The notes under the pieces are model-generated. The model saw only the letters and a program-made list of their open reading frames with translations, had not been told where the DNA came from and searched no databases. From positions 1 through 55,875 of IMG/VR virus record IMGVR_UViG_3300022188_000013: 55,875 bases of DNA; one strand, written 5' to 3'. Shown piece after piece: positions 1-8,022 of the stretch (positions within the stretch are counted from its first letter, which is position 1; each line of letters opens with the position of its first letter). The translations under genes and the position numbers were made by a program. Source of the stretch: a virus (lineage: Duplodnaviria > Caudoviricetes).

Positions 1-88
1 ATTAGTTATGCGAGAGATTCTCGTATAGATATTGCACAGAGAGCGGCCGCACGTGCGGCTAAGGATTTGGCCAACTATGAAGAAGAGT
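1..88 (+). CDS. Major capsid protein, upstream exon (5'-truncated by window)
   Basis: Frame 1 reads ISYARDSRIDIAQRAAARAAKDLANYEEE. The exon end GAGT can pair with intron GCTC (U.G wobble, P1). Joins downstream exons into a continuous capsid-like protein. Confidence 0.75.
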
Positions 89-1147
89 ATAAAACGTGCT
101 CCTTAGTATAGCGATATACTAAGCAAACCGTGAATATGCTGGAACATCTTGTTAGGTTACAAGTACTAGTCATTAGACAGTAAAAATCTTGTAAATAGAG
201 AAAATCAGCAGAAATGGAGATTTTTATGATAATAGAAAAAGAGATATTAGATAATATATACAACGGTAATGTGTTTGAAACAGCAGCTTTATTGAGAGAA
301 TCAGTACAAACTATTATGGCGTCATTAAAGAAACATGAGATTAAGTTTGATACACCTAAACATATCTATAGTGGACTTAGAAATACAGATTTTTCTGCAT
401 TTCAGAAAAGTTTATTAATAGGTAGTGTTATTGGTGACGGTCATATAGAAAAAAGGTCTAACTTAAAAAATGCTTTGTTTAGGGAAGATCATGCTGTCGG
501 CCAGATCGAATGGTTACGATGGAAACACAAAAATTTAAAACCGTTTACAACTGCTAATATGTGGGAAACAGATAGAGGAAAAAAAGCATTAATGCCTGAT
601 GGGCGTGGTGGTAAGAAGTATTATAATATACAGAAGGTGTGTGCTATGACCACTGGAAGTCACCCATATATAACTAAATTACATGGTTTATTTTATAAAG
701 ATAAAATAAAGGTTTTACCAAAAGAATTTATAGAAAATCATTTTGATTTGATAGCGTTGGCAGTTTTGATAGGTGACGATGGTAATTTTTGTGAAAATAG
801 TATTAGAATATGTACTGATAATTTTACTAAAGATGAAGTTTACTTTTTGGCTGACGTGTGTTCTAAATTTTATAATAGTAGAATAACTGTTAGAAAAGAG
901 AAGGTAGATAGGTACAGGGTAGTATTTACAAGAATAACAAAGGACTTAGATTTTTTTTGTAAAATGAAAGAAGTATTACCGTTATGTATGCATCATAAAG
1001 TTTCTCCAGTTCTCAACGAACACCAAACGGCTACTCAATAAAGAGTAGATGGTATGTTCTGTCCTGCATGGAGATATGCAGAGTCAAGAAGAAATTCTTG
1101 GCCGCCTGAAAAGGAGTAATATTTCAGGTCATAAAAGTAACAGTGAA
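89..1147 (+). mobile_element. Group I intron 1 in capsid gene (IA-like, HEG in P6 region); boundaries uncertain by a few nt
   Basis: P ATGCTGGAA (~136), Q AATCAGCAG (~203), R CTCAACGAACA (~1012), S GATGGTATGTTCTG (~1048), P3 CCGT/ACGG, and 3' tail TCATAAAAGTAACAG shared with other introns here. Confidence 0.85.
226..1041 (+). CDS. Intron-encoded double-motif LAGLIDADG homing endonuclease
   Basis: Motifs LLIGSVIGDGHI and LAVLIGDDGN. GGAG RBS favours ATG 226 over 214. Confidence 0.9.
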   Translation: MIIEKEILDNIYNGNVFETAALLRESVQTIMASLKKHEIKFDTPKHIYSGLRNTDFSAFQKSLLIGSVIGDGHIEKRSNLKNALFREDHAVGQIEWLRWKHKNLKPFTTANMWETDRGKKALMPDGRGGKKYYNIQKVCAMTTGSHPYITKLHGLFYKDKIKVLPKEFIENHFDLIALAVLIGDDGNFCENSIRICTDNFTKDEVYFLADVCSKFYNSRITVRKEKVDRYRVVFTRITKDLDFFCKMKEVLPLCMHHKVSPVLNEHQTATQ

Positions 1148-1350
1148 GCGGATGGAGGGTAATTATGCCCGCCGCCACATCTTCATTTTCAGGTAAAGGG
1201 CTCTTGGGGTCAAGGCCAGCCCCGATTTATGAAATTCAGCCATCATCTACTGGTGCTGGTTATCTTTCTAAAGAACTTATTAACAAAATGATTGTTGGTT
1301 TTAAGAGAATTGGTAGAACATTGACAGACCTTTATGTATCCCCTGAGGAT
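1148..1350 (+). CDS. Major capsid protein, internal exon (..GWRVIMPAATS...LYVSPED)
   Basis: Open frame between introns 1 and 2. Ends GGAT, which pairs with intron GTCC. Confidence 0.8.
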
Positions 1351-1659
1351 AGAATGACGCAGTATGTTAATAAAAATTTAAATAGTATTAAAACTACTGC
1401 AGTGTCCCGTACTCACGTAAGTGAGTGATGAAAAAAGAACTATATGCTGGAAACCCCTTAGAACTAAACTTACTGATATGTAAAAATAGTTTAGATTGGG
1501 CAATCAGCAGGCAACTTTTAATGAGGAGCCTCAACGACTATACGTTCTTCCCCCAATTATGGGGTGATGATATAGTCTGAACTCATAGGAAACTATGAGA
1601 GGGGAAGTCGAAGAATTTCCCCCGCCTAAAGAAATTTAGGTCATAAAAGTAACAGAATG
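1351..1659 (+). mobile_element. Group I intron 2 in capsid gene (IA-like, 309 nt, no ORF)
   Basis: ATGCTGGAAA, GCAATCAGCAGG, CTCAACGACTA, GATATAGTCTG; terminal G 1659. Splicing restores LYVSPED|AADIREW. Confidence 0.92.
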
Positions 1660-1686
1660 GCAGCGGATATAAGGGAATGGACGGAT
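1660..1686 (+). CDS. Major capsid protein, 27-nt micro-exon (AADIREWTD)
   Basis: Lies between the terminal G of intron 2 and the GGAT/GTCC P1 of intron 3; in frame on both sides. Confidence 0.85.
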
Positions 1687-2666
1687 TACAAAAGTAGTCC
1701 CCCTATTTGGAAACGAGTAGGTGAAAAGTTAGTGAATTCGGTGGAAGCCCTATTCTTTGGATCGAGAAGGGTAATACCGAGCCAAGCTTGTGCATAACAA
1801 GAAGGTGTAACGACTATAGGAATTTGTTATAAAATGTTTAATGATGAAAAAGGTTTAAGTTTAGATAGAAAAAATAATTTAGTTGTTCAGTCAAAGCATC
1901 AAGCAAATAGTGCTATTATAGGTATGTTGCTTGGAGATGCATCTATGCGACGTTACGTTTTGAAAAAGGCAGAGAATAATAGGGTGAGTATATTGAAGAA
2001 TAGTCGTGTTCAGTTAGATGTTACTCATTGTGGAAAACAATTAAATTATTTATTATGGAAAGAATCGATACTAAGGGCTTATATTAAGTTTTGTAAACTA
2101 ATTAAAGATCGTTCCAAAGAAGACGAAGGGTTTATATATTATAAAAAAACATCTTTGGTTAGTTCTACTAGAAATTTGATTTATTTATATAGAAAATTTT
2201 ACAGCTCAGGTAGAAAGATTGTTGATAGAAAATTATTAAATAGGCTTACAGATTTAGGTCTGGCTATATGGTTTATGGATGATGGAAGTTTAATTCCACA
2301 TAGTTTTAAGCCTGATGGTGAAATTAGAGCTTTAAAATTGAGATTACATACTTCAGGTTTTAATTATGATGAGCATGTGATCATGAAAGAGTATTTTAGT
2401 ACCTTTGGGGTTGATTTTAATATTACTATGGATAAACAGTATTTCCATTTATCCACAGGTAAGATGAGTTCTATTTATAATTTTATTGACAGGATAAAAC
2501 CTTTTGTTGAATTAGTAGGTTGTATGGGCTACAAAATTAAACATTATAATAAATTTTTTAGTACTAACCGCCCTATATATAAGGGCGATGATATAGTCTC
2601 CTCTGCATAGTAATATGCAGCACTATTAAAGAAATTTGATAGTCCATTTTATGATGGAAGAAGAGG
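1687..2666 (+). mobile_element. Group I intron 3 in capsid gene (different, IB-like core)
   Basis: GAATTCGGTGGAA, AATACCGAGC, GTAACGACTA, GATATAGTCT; P3 GTTAGT/ACTAAC; terminal G 2666. Splicing restores WTD|TDIDPVTRREIF. Confidence 0.9.
1834..2610 (+). CDS. Intron-encoded double-motif LAGLIDADG homing endonuclease
   Basis: Motifs IIGMLLGDAS and LAIWFMDDGS. Confidence 0.92.
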   Translation: MFNDEKGLSLDRKNNLVVQSKHQANSAIIGMLLGDASMRRYVLKKAENNRVSILKNSRVQLDVTHCGKQLNYLLWKESILRAYIKFCKLIKDRSKEDEGFIYYKKTSLVSSTRNLIYLYRKFYSSGRKIVDRKLLNRLTDLGLAIWFMDDGSLIPHSFKPDGEIRALKLRLHTSGFNYDEHVIMKEYFSTFGVDFNITMDKQYFHLSTGKMSSIYNFIDRIKPFVELVGCMGYKIKHYNKFFSTNRPIYKGDDIVSSA

Positions 2667-3095
2667 ACAGATATAGATCCAGTAACCCGTAGAGAGATTT
2701 TTCAGGCTTCTGGTATGGGTTCTATTTGGAATGTAAGTCTTGAAGAGATTCAGCATCTTGGAGCAACTGGTTTGTATAACGTTAATGGCAGTACTTCTGC
2801 TTACGGTAAGTTCATTGCCGACGGTTCTGAAGAGTTTAATGCTTATACTCTAGAAAACCCGAATGTAACTAATGCTGATGGTACTGTCAATACTTTAGGT
2901 GAAACTCAGGTTATCGGTTTTGATCTTACAGAAAACGATTCACTTGTTATGCCTATTAGGAAAGAGTTCGAAGCTTATGATGATCCAACGTTACTTAGAG
3001 TACAAAAACAGGGTTTCTTTGGATGGGCTGAGCTTGGATTTGCCTGTTTAGACAGTAGAATGCTTGGTATGGGTATTATAGATAGAAGTCTATAA
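2667..3095 (+). CDS. Major capsid protein, last exon
   Basis: TDIDPVTRREIFQASGMG...QGFFGWAELGFACLD resembles an HK97-fold capsid C-terminus. Followed by a terminator; head-module position. Confidence 0.78.
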   Translation, partial: TDIDPVTRREIFQASGMGSIWNVSLEEIQHLGATGLYNVNGSTSAYGKFIADGSEEFNAYTLENPNVTNADGTVNTLGETQVIGFDLTENDSLVMPIRKEFEAYDDPTLLRVQKQGFFGWAELGFACLDSRMLGMGIIDRSL

Positions 3096-3176
3096 ATCTA
3101 TAAATAACAGTACCTTATAGATAATAGTTATTTTTTATAATTTACTATAGTTGTTTTTATACGACTTACCATAAAG

Positions 3177-3229
3177 ATGGATTTTGCGGCTGTGTATTTA
3201 TTTACATTAGCCGTAAAATACCATTTTTT
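3177..3229 (+). terminator. Probable intrinsic terminator after capsid gene
   Basis: ATGGATTTTGCGGCT...AGCCGTAAAATACCAT stem followed by a T run. Confidence 0.6.
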
Positions 3230-3301
3230 GTTGAATGTTTAAATTACTTCCCTTTCCCTTTCTACAGATTTATAAACTAACCAGTAAAGAGGTAGGGGGA
3301 T

Positions 3302-4114
3302 TTGTTATACATGAAAATTTTGATTACTGAAGATTGTTTAGAAGATATAGATCAATTTTCCTATATTTATACTAGAGACGTGTTTAGGAGAAAGAATCTT
3401 TATTATAAATTTAAACTAGAATGTAGTGTATGTGGTCAGTCTTTTTTTATGCGGATGACTTACCCTACAAATGTATGTAGTATTGTATGTTCCAGTAAAT
3501 TAAAAAGTGTAAGAGATAAAATTTCTTTGTCTTTATCTGGGTTAAAACGATCGTCTTCAGAGTGTGTTGCTATAGCAAAGAGAATGTCTAAAGGTGGTGT
3601 TGTAAAGAAGAATATACCTTTATTCGATACTTACGCCAAGCAGTTAGTTCCAATAGAAGTTGTTAGAAATATTAACGGGGTTCTAGAGGTTAGATGTGCT
3701 AATTGCAATAATTGGTTTGTCCCAGGAAGAACTTCTGTAGAGGGCAGAGCTCAATATATAAAGGGTAATATAGATAGGGAGTGCAGACTCTATTGTTCTG
3801 ATGTTTGTAAACATAGTTGTTCTATATTTAATAAACACGAACACCGTAGTGATACGAGTAGTAAACAAAATAAATATTTTACTAGTGTACAGCTTAGTGT
3901 TTGGTCTGCGGAAGTAATTAAGAGGGCCGGATTTAAATGTGAGTATTGTGGTGAACCAGCTAAACATGCACACCATGAGCGTCCGAAAAAGCTTGAACCG
4001 TTCTTTGCTTTAGACCCAGATAATGGGGTTGCCTGCTGTGTTAATTGTCATTATAAATATGGGCATATCGGTGATTGTTCCACTGTTAATATATCTAAAG
4101 CAAGTCCATGTTAA
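3302..4114 (+). CDS. Cys-rich HNH endonuclease (free-standing)
   Basis: C-terminal CEYC..HAHH..DNGVACCVNCH plus several CxxC fingers. Start may be ATG 3311. Confidence 0.8.
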   Translation: MLYMKILITEDCLEDIDQFSYIYTRDVFRRKNLYYKFKLECSVCGQSFFMRMTYPTNVCSIVCSSKLKSVRDKISLSLSGLKRSSSECVAIAKRMSKGGVVKKNIPLFDTYAKQLVPIEVVRNINGVLEVRCANCNNWFVPGRTSVEGRAQYIKGNIDRECRLYCSDVCKHSCSIFNKHEHRSDTSSKQNKYFTSVQLSVWSAEVIKRAGFKCEYCGEPAKHAHHERPKKLEPFFALDPDNGVACCVNCHYKYGHIGDCSTVNISKASPC

Positions 4115-5580
4115 GGAGAAATAGTTATTATATGAGTTTATTATGTTTGACAGAAAAAATCAATAAAAAACGTAAGTATAAAAATAAGAAATGTGCGATG
4201 TTAGGGTGTGGTGTGGTTTTTACTCCGACATCTGGAAATCAAAAATATTGTGATGCTTGTAAAGAAAAAGCTAAAGCTATAAGGGATAAATCACAGTGGA
4301 GAGTCAAGAATAGAAAACGTAACGGGCATGTTCAATACAATAGGAAATGTTTAGCTTGCGGTACAGAATTTATAACATGCTATTCAAAACAGAAATACTG
4401 CGGAACAATTGAGTGTGAGAGATACAGAAAGAAAATTAATAGTGTTGTTATTGAAGAAAAAAGAAATAAATTGCGTAAAGAAGCTAGGGCAGTAAAGCGA
4501 GCATTGGCTAGACTAGACAACTTAAAAAACGTAGAATTATTTTTAAATTCCAATAATTATGAACTTTTAGATTCTTCTAACTACATAAATTCACATAGAG
4601 GTAAATTATTGGTAAAGTGCCCTAATGGCCATGAGTGGCAAACTACATTTCATAATTTTAAAGATAATAAAAATAGATGTTACAGTTGTTATGTTAAAAA
4701 TAATTATGTTTCTAAACCAGAACAGAAAATCCGTGATTTTATAGACTCGAATTTTCCAGATCTAGAAGTAATTTACAACGATCGTACACAAATACGCCCA
4801 AAAGAACTTGATTTATATTTTCCAGACCATAATCTGGCTGTAGAGGTGTGTGGTTTATATTGGCATTCTGATACTGCTAATGGTGTGGAACGTGATTATC
4901 ATTATAACAAAATGACAAGTTGCTGTAAAAAAGGAATAAGACTTATAACTATATTCGAGGATGAGCTTTATAATAATTTTGATGTAATAATGTCTAGAAT
5001 AAAGCAGGCTTTAGGTGTTACTAAAAATATAATATACGCTAGAAAATGTACTATAAAGCCTATTGAAAGTAAGGAAGCAAATGATTTTTTTATTGCGAAT
5101 CATTTACAAGGAAGATCCACTGCGAAGAAACGTTGGGGTTTGTTTTATAATGGTAGTCTATCTGGTGTTTGTAGTGTTGGTAACATTATAAGGAAACATA
5201 CGTCTAAAGAAGATGTGTTGGAATTAAAGCGTTTGTGTTTTCTTCCAGGTATAAGTGTGGTTGGGGGAGCAAGTAAATTGTTTAAAAGAGCAATTGAGTT
5301 TGCAAAGGAAGAAGGATACACTGAGATAAAATCTTATTGTGATATGAGGTATGCTAATATATTTAATCCTATTTACGAAATATTGGGATTTAGCTTATTA
5401 ACATATACTAAGTATACTCCACATTACTTTAAAAATGGGGTCCGGTATAGGAATATGTCTCTGAGAAAAACTCCCAAAGAGCGTTTAACTGGGAAAACGG
5501 AATTAGAATTGCGACAGGAACAAGGGTATGATAGGATTTGGGATTGTGGGCATAGAACTTATACTTATCATATAAACTAA
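4108..5580 (+). CDS. Hef-like/Vsr-type homing endonuclease with N-terminal Zn fingers and GNAT-like C-terminal domain
   Basis: SKPE..ELDLYFPDHNLAVEVCGLYWHS..GIRLITIFEDE; C-terminal ELKRLC..GGASKLFK..SYCDMRY..YEILGF. Confidence 0.8.
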   Translation: MLRRNSYYMSLLCLTEKINKKRKYKNKKCAMLGCGVVFTPTSGNQKYCDACKEKAKAIRDKSQWRVKNRKRNGHVQYNRKCLACGTEFITCYSKQKYCGTIECERYRKKINSVVIEEKRNKLRKEARAVKRALARLDNLKNVELFLNSNNYELLDSSNYINSHRGKLLVKCPNGHEWQTTFHNFKDNKNRCYSCYVKNNYVSKPEQKIRDFIDSNFPDLEVIYNDRTQIRPKELDLYFPDHNLAVEVCGLYWHSDTANGVERDYHYNKMTSCCKKGIRLITIFEDELYNNFDVIMSRIKQALGVTKNIIYARKCTIKPIESKEANDFFIANHLQGRSTAKKRWGLFYNGSLSGVCSVGNIIRKHTSKEDVLELKRLCFLPGISVVGGASKLFKRAIEFAKEEGYTEIKSYCDMRYANIFNPIYEILGFSLLTYTKYTPHYFKNGVRYRNMSLRKTPKERLTGKTELELRQEQGYDRIWDCGHRTYTYHIN

Positions 5581-5643
5581 TTTTGCAGTGTTTACTCTTT
5601 ACTAATAAACTGACTTATGTATAGATAGAAGAGCTTAAGTTAA

Positions 5644-5689
5644 TTTTAAATTGTAATCACGTAAACTTTTAAATTGTAATCACGTAAAC
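5644..5689. repeat. Perfect 23-bp tandem duplication, intergenic
   Basis: TTTTAAATTGTAATCACGTAAAC x2. Confidence 0.95.
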
Positions 5690-5720
5690 TAATTTTAGTT
5701 GTTACTATTGGGTTTTTAAT

Positions 5721-6035
5721 ATGGTTTTATTTTTTAAATTTTTATTAGCAATAGTGCTTACTGAAGCTTTTACTGAAATTGTAACAAAATCAGCCATCTT
5801 TAATCCTTTTAGGAAAAAGATATTTGAGTTTGGACATAACAATAAGTTTTTTAAATATCTACATGATCTACTTGATTGTGGTTATTGTTTTTCAGTTTGG
5901 TCAGGAGTATTTATTGCTTTTTTGTTGTTAAGCGACATAAATTTCATCGGTTTTGGAGTAGATGTGTTTATAATAGGGCTGGTCTTACATAGATTATCCA
6001 ATTTATTCCATAATGTTATGGATAGGTTACACTAA
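5721..6035 (+). CDS. Small membrane protein, DUF1360-like
   Basis: Hydrophobic segments and LLDCGYCFSVW motif. Confidence 0.65.
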   Translation: MVLFFKFLLAIVLTEAFTEIVTKSAIFNPFRKKIFEFGHNNKFFKYLHDLLDCGYCFSVWSGVFIAFLLLSDINFIGFGVDVFIIGLVLHRLSNLFHNVMDRLH

Positions 6036-6088
6036 ACATACCGCATGAAACGGACAAGGTTTAAACTTACTGAAAAGGAGAAGTTATT

Positions 6089-6574
6089 ATGGTTATGGAA
6101 GGTTATGTTAAGAATATTTCACCAATGTGGATGCATGCAATGAAGAGGTCTATTGGTCCAGGTGCAGAGGTTCCGATAGAAGAGCTTTACGAGCAATACG
6201 GTGTAAAATATGATATCAGAGAGGGAGAGGATTTTGTTCAATGGCTTCGTAACGTTAAGCTAAAAGACTCAAAAAGATGGAGAATTGTATTACAACAAGA
6301 GGAGGATGAAGCGAAAGACGTTAAAGTCGAACAAAAAATAAATGGTAAATCTAAAGAAATTGGTTTGGATAACGTAGCCCCACTAGTTCCTAAAAAAATG
6401 GAGGTGTCACACGTTGTTGAGTTGTCTGTTCGTAAAGGACGTGAAGTTTTACCAAAGATAATGGATTTAAGTTTACTAAAATATGCTCTACAGGAAGCTA
6501 ACCAGCTTTCTGGTAAGGACAGTCTTTGTAGAATTATAAGAAAACGTATTAAAGAGTTGCAAGTTGGTCGTTAA
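6089..6574 (+). CDS. Hypothetical protein
   Basis: 161-aa ORF with AGGAG RBS. Confidence 0.7.
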   Translation: MVMEGYVKNISPMWMHAMKRSIGPGAEVPIEELYEQYGVKYDIREGEDFVQWLRNVKLKDSKRWRIVLQQEEDEAKDVKVEQKINGKSKEIGLDNVAPLVPKKMEVSHVVELSVRKGREVLPKIMDLSLLKYALQEANQLSGKDSLCRIIRKRIKELQVGR

Positions 6575-6609
6575 ATTATACAAATTTTAATATAATAGGA
6601 GAATAAACA

Positions 6610-7926
6610 ATGGCTAGAAGTTTGCTGAGACAATTAGAACAGATTAGACGTGCAGCTACGTATGATGACACTGTTGCTGACGTTAATTTATCTGCTGTTG
6701 CAGAGCCTACTATTTCTGGTTCTTTAGAAGAAGATACTAATGTAATTCGTACTTTGATGAAACAAATAAAACATGGTGACGCGGCAGGTAATTGGTTTGA
6801 TGCTCCGCCGAAATATTTTGATCCTACTGACACAGACGCAGGTAATGCTGAAAATAAAGACACCACGCTGGTTAATATAGCTAATAACACACTTGATGCT
6901 AATACCATTATAGTTGCTGTTAGTGATGATAATTCAGGTAGTGGTTATACGGTTTCTGGAACATCTAATGGTGTATTACTTGCTCCAATAACTACTAATT
7001 ATGCTGATCCGGCGAATCGTACAGGACTTCCGATTTTTGCTTCTACAGCAAATAACGGTTCTTATTATGATGAGGCTGGTGATAATAATGTATGTCGTAT
7101 AGATATAATTAATACTGCTACAGATTCTGAGTTCGTAACAAATGGCGGTGATGTAGTATATGCTAAGTTCCATGATGGTGCAGATTTTGGTGGAACTGGT
7201 GAGAACACAGACGCTTTTGCCCGTTTTTACGCTAACGAGGTTCCAGTGGATATGTCTACAGTTTCAGGCACAGTAACAAATATTATGTTTGTTTATCCAG
7301 TACGTAAAAAACTGTCTGATATGCAGGAACATGAATGGTTAAGAACTGACTTTATCTCATCCTGGGAGGGTGATATTGAGTTAATTGAAGATATTCAGAA
7401 TGTATGGAGTTACACTGGTGCTGGTAACAATATTGATACTACAGCAGGTACTTGGACAAACACTTCTGCTTCTTACTTACTTCAAGCTGACCCATCGAAT
7501 TTAAAAGTAGCTGTAGATACAATCAATACTGGTGTTGGTGATCGCATGTTCTCTGAAGAGAATTATATTACCAGCGGTTCAGTTATTTCTACTGCTTTGG
7601 ACACTTTGGATCAGGAGTTGAAAGATATCGCTGATAGTGTTGATGCAGGTGTTGGTGAAAAATATGTGGAATCAGTGGCTGGTGCTATAACAAAGAATAC
7701 CTCCCATACAATTCCAGTAGCTATTGGTACTTATACACCTGAAAGTTCTGCTGGACGTGAGGGTAAAAATATGGATATCTATGTCGACGGTCAATTACTT
7801 GCTGCAGACACTGGAGTAGCTGGTGCTAACGCAGATCGTGATTATGCTGAGGCATCCAGTACACAGATAACATTTAGATTTAATATCCAGGCTGGACGTA
7901 ATATTACTTATATAGTACGTCAATAA
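6610..7926 (+). CDS. Virion structural protein (paralog of C-terminal half of 8023..10446)
   Basis: Acidic, T/S/G/N-rich; AGGAG RBS; shared blocks YAKFHDGAD and MD(I/V)Y(V/L)DGQLLAA. Confidence 0.7.
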   Translation: MARSLLRQLEQIRRAATYDDTVADVNLSAVAEPTISGSLEEDTNVIRTLMKQIKHGDAAGNWFDAPPKYFDPTDTDAGNAENKDTTLVNIANNTLDANTIIVAVSDDNSGSGYTVSGTSNGVLLAPITTNYADPANRTGLPIFASTANNGSYYDEAGDNNVCRIDIINTATDSEFVTNGGDVVYAKFHDGADFGGTGENTDAFARFYANEVPVDMSTVSGTVTNIMFVYPVRKKLSDMQEHEWLRTDFISSWEGDIELIEDIQNVWSYTGAGNNIDTTAGTWTNTSASYLLQADPSNLKVAVDTINTGVGDRMFSEENYITSGSVISTALDTLDQELKDIADSVDAGVGEKYVESVAGAITKNTSHTIPVAIGTYTPESSAGREGKNMDIYVDGQLLAADTGVAGANADRDYAEASSTQITFRFNIQAGRNITYIVRQ

Positions 7927-7967
7927 TTAAAAGTTTAGGAAAACATTATTAATAGAAAGGAGGAATG

Positions 7968-8005
7968 GCAATTTCTCTCATGACTAAAGTCGTGGGTTTT
8001 TTTGC
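7968..8005. other. Intergenic hairpin (terminator and/or IS200/IS605-end-like palindrome)
   Basis: CTCATGAC-TAAA-GTCGTGGG followed by a T run, enclosed by GCAA...TTGC. Confidence 0.5.
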
Positions 8006-8022
8006 TGTAAAACTTATGAATT

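Noticed and set aside
1165-3095. Tracked ORFs 1165..1428 and 2715..3095 as standalone genes
   Set aside because: They are capsid exons; their starts and the RMTQ... tail come from intron boundaries.
5644-5689. CRISPR-like array
   Set aside because: Only two adjacent copies with no spacer; no array seen anywhere in the window.
3270-5700. TAAACT(A/G)A motif in intergenic regions as a late promoter
   Set aside because: Few, weakly similar copies in AT-rich sequence; needs genome-wide motif analysis.
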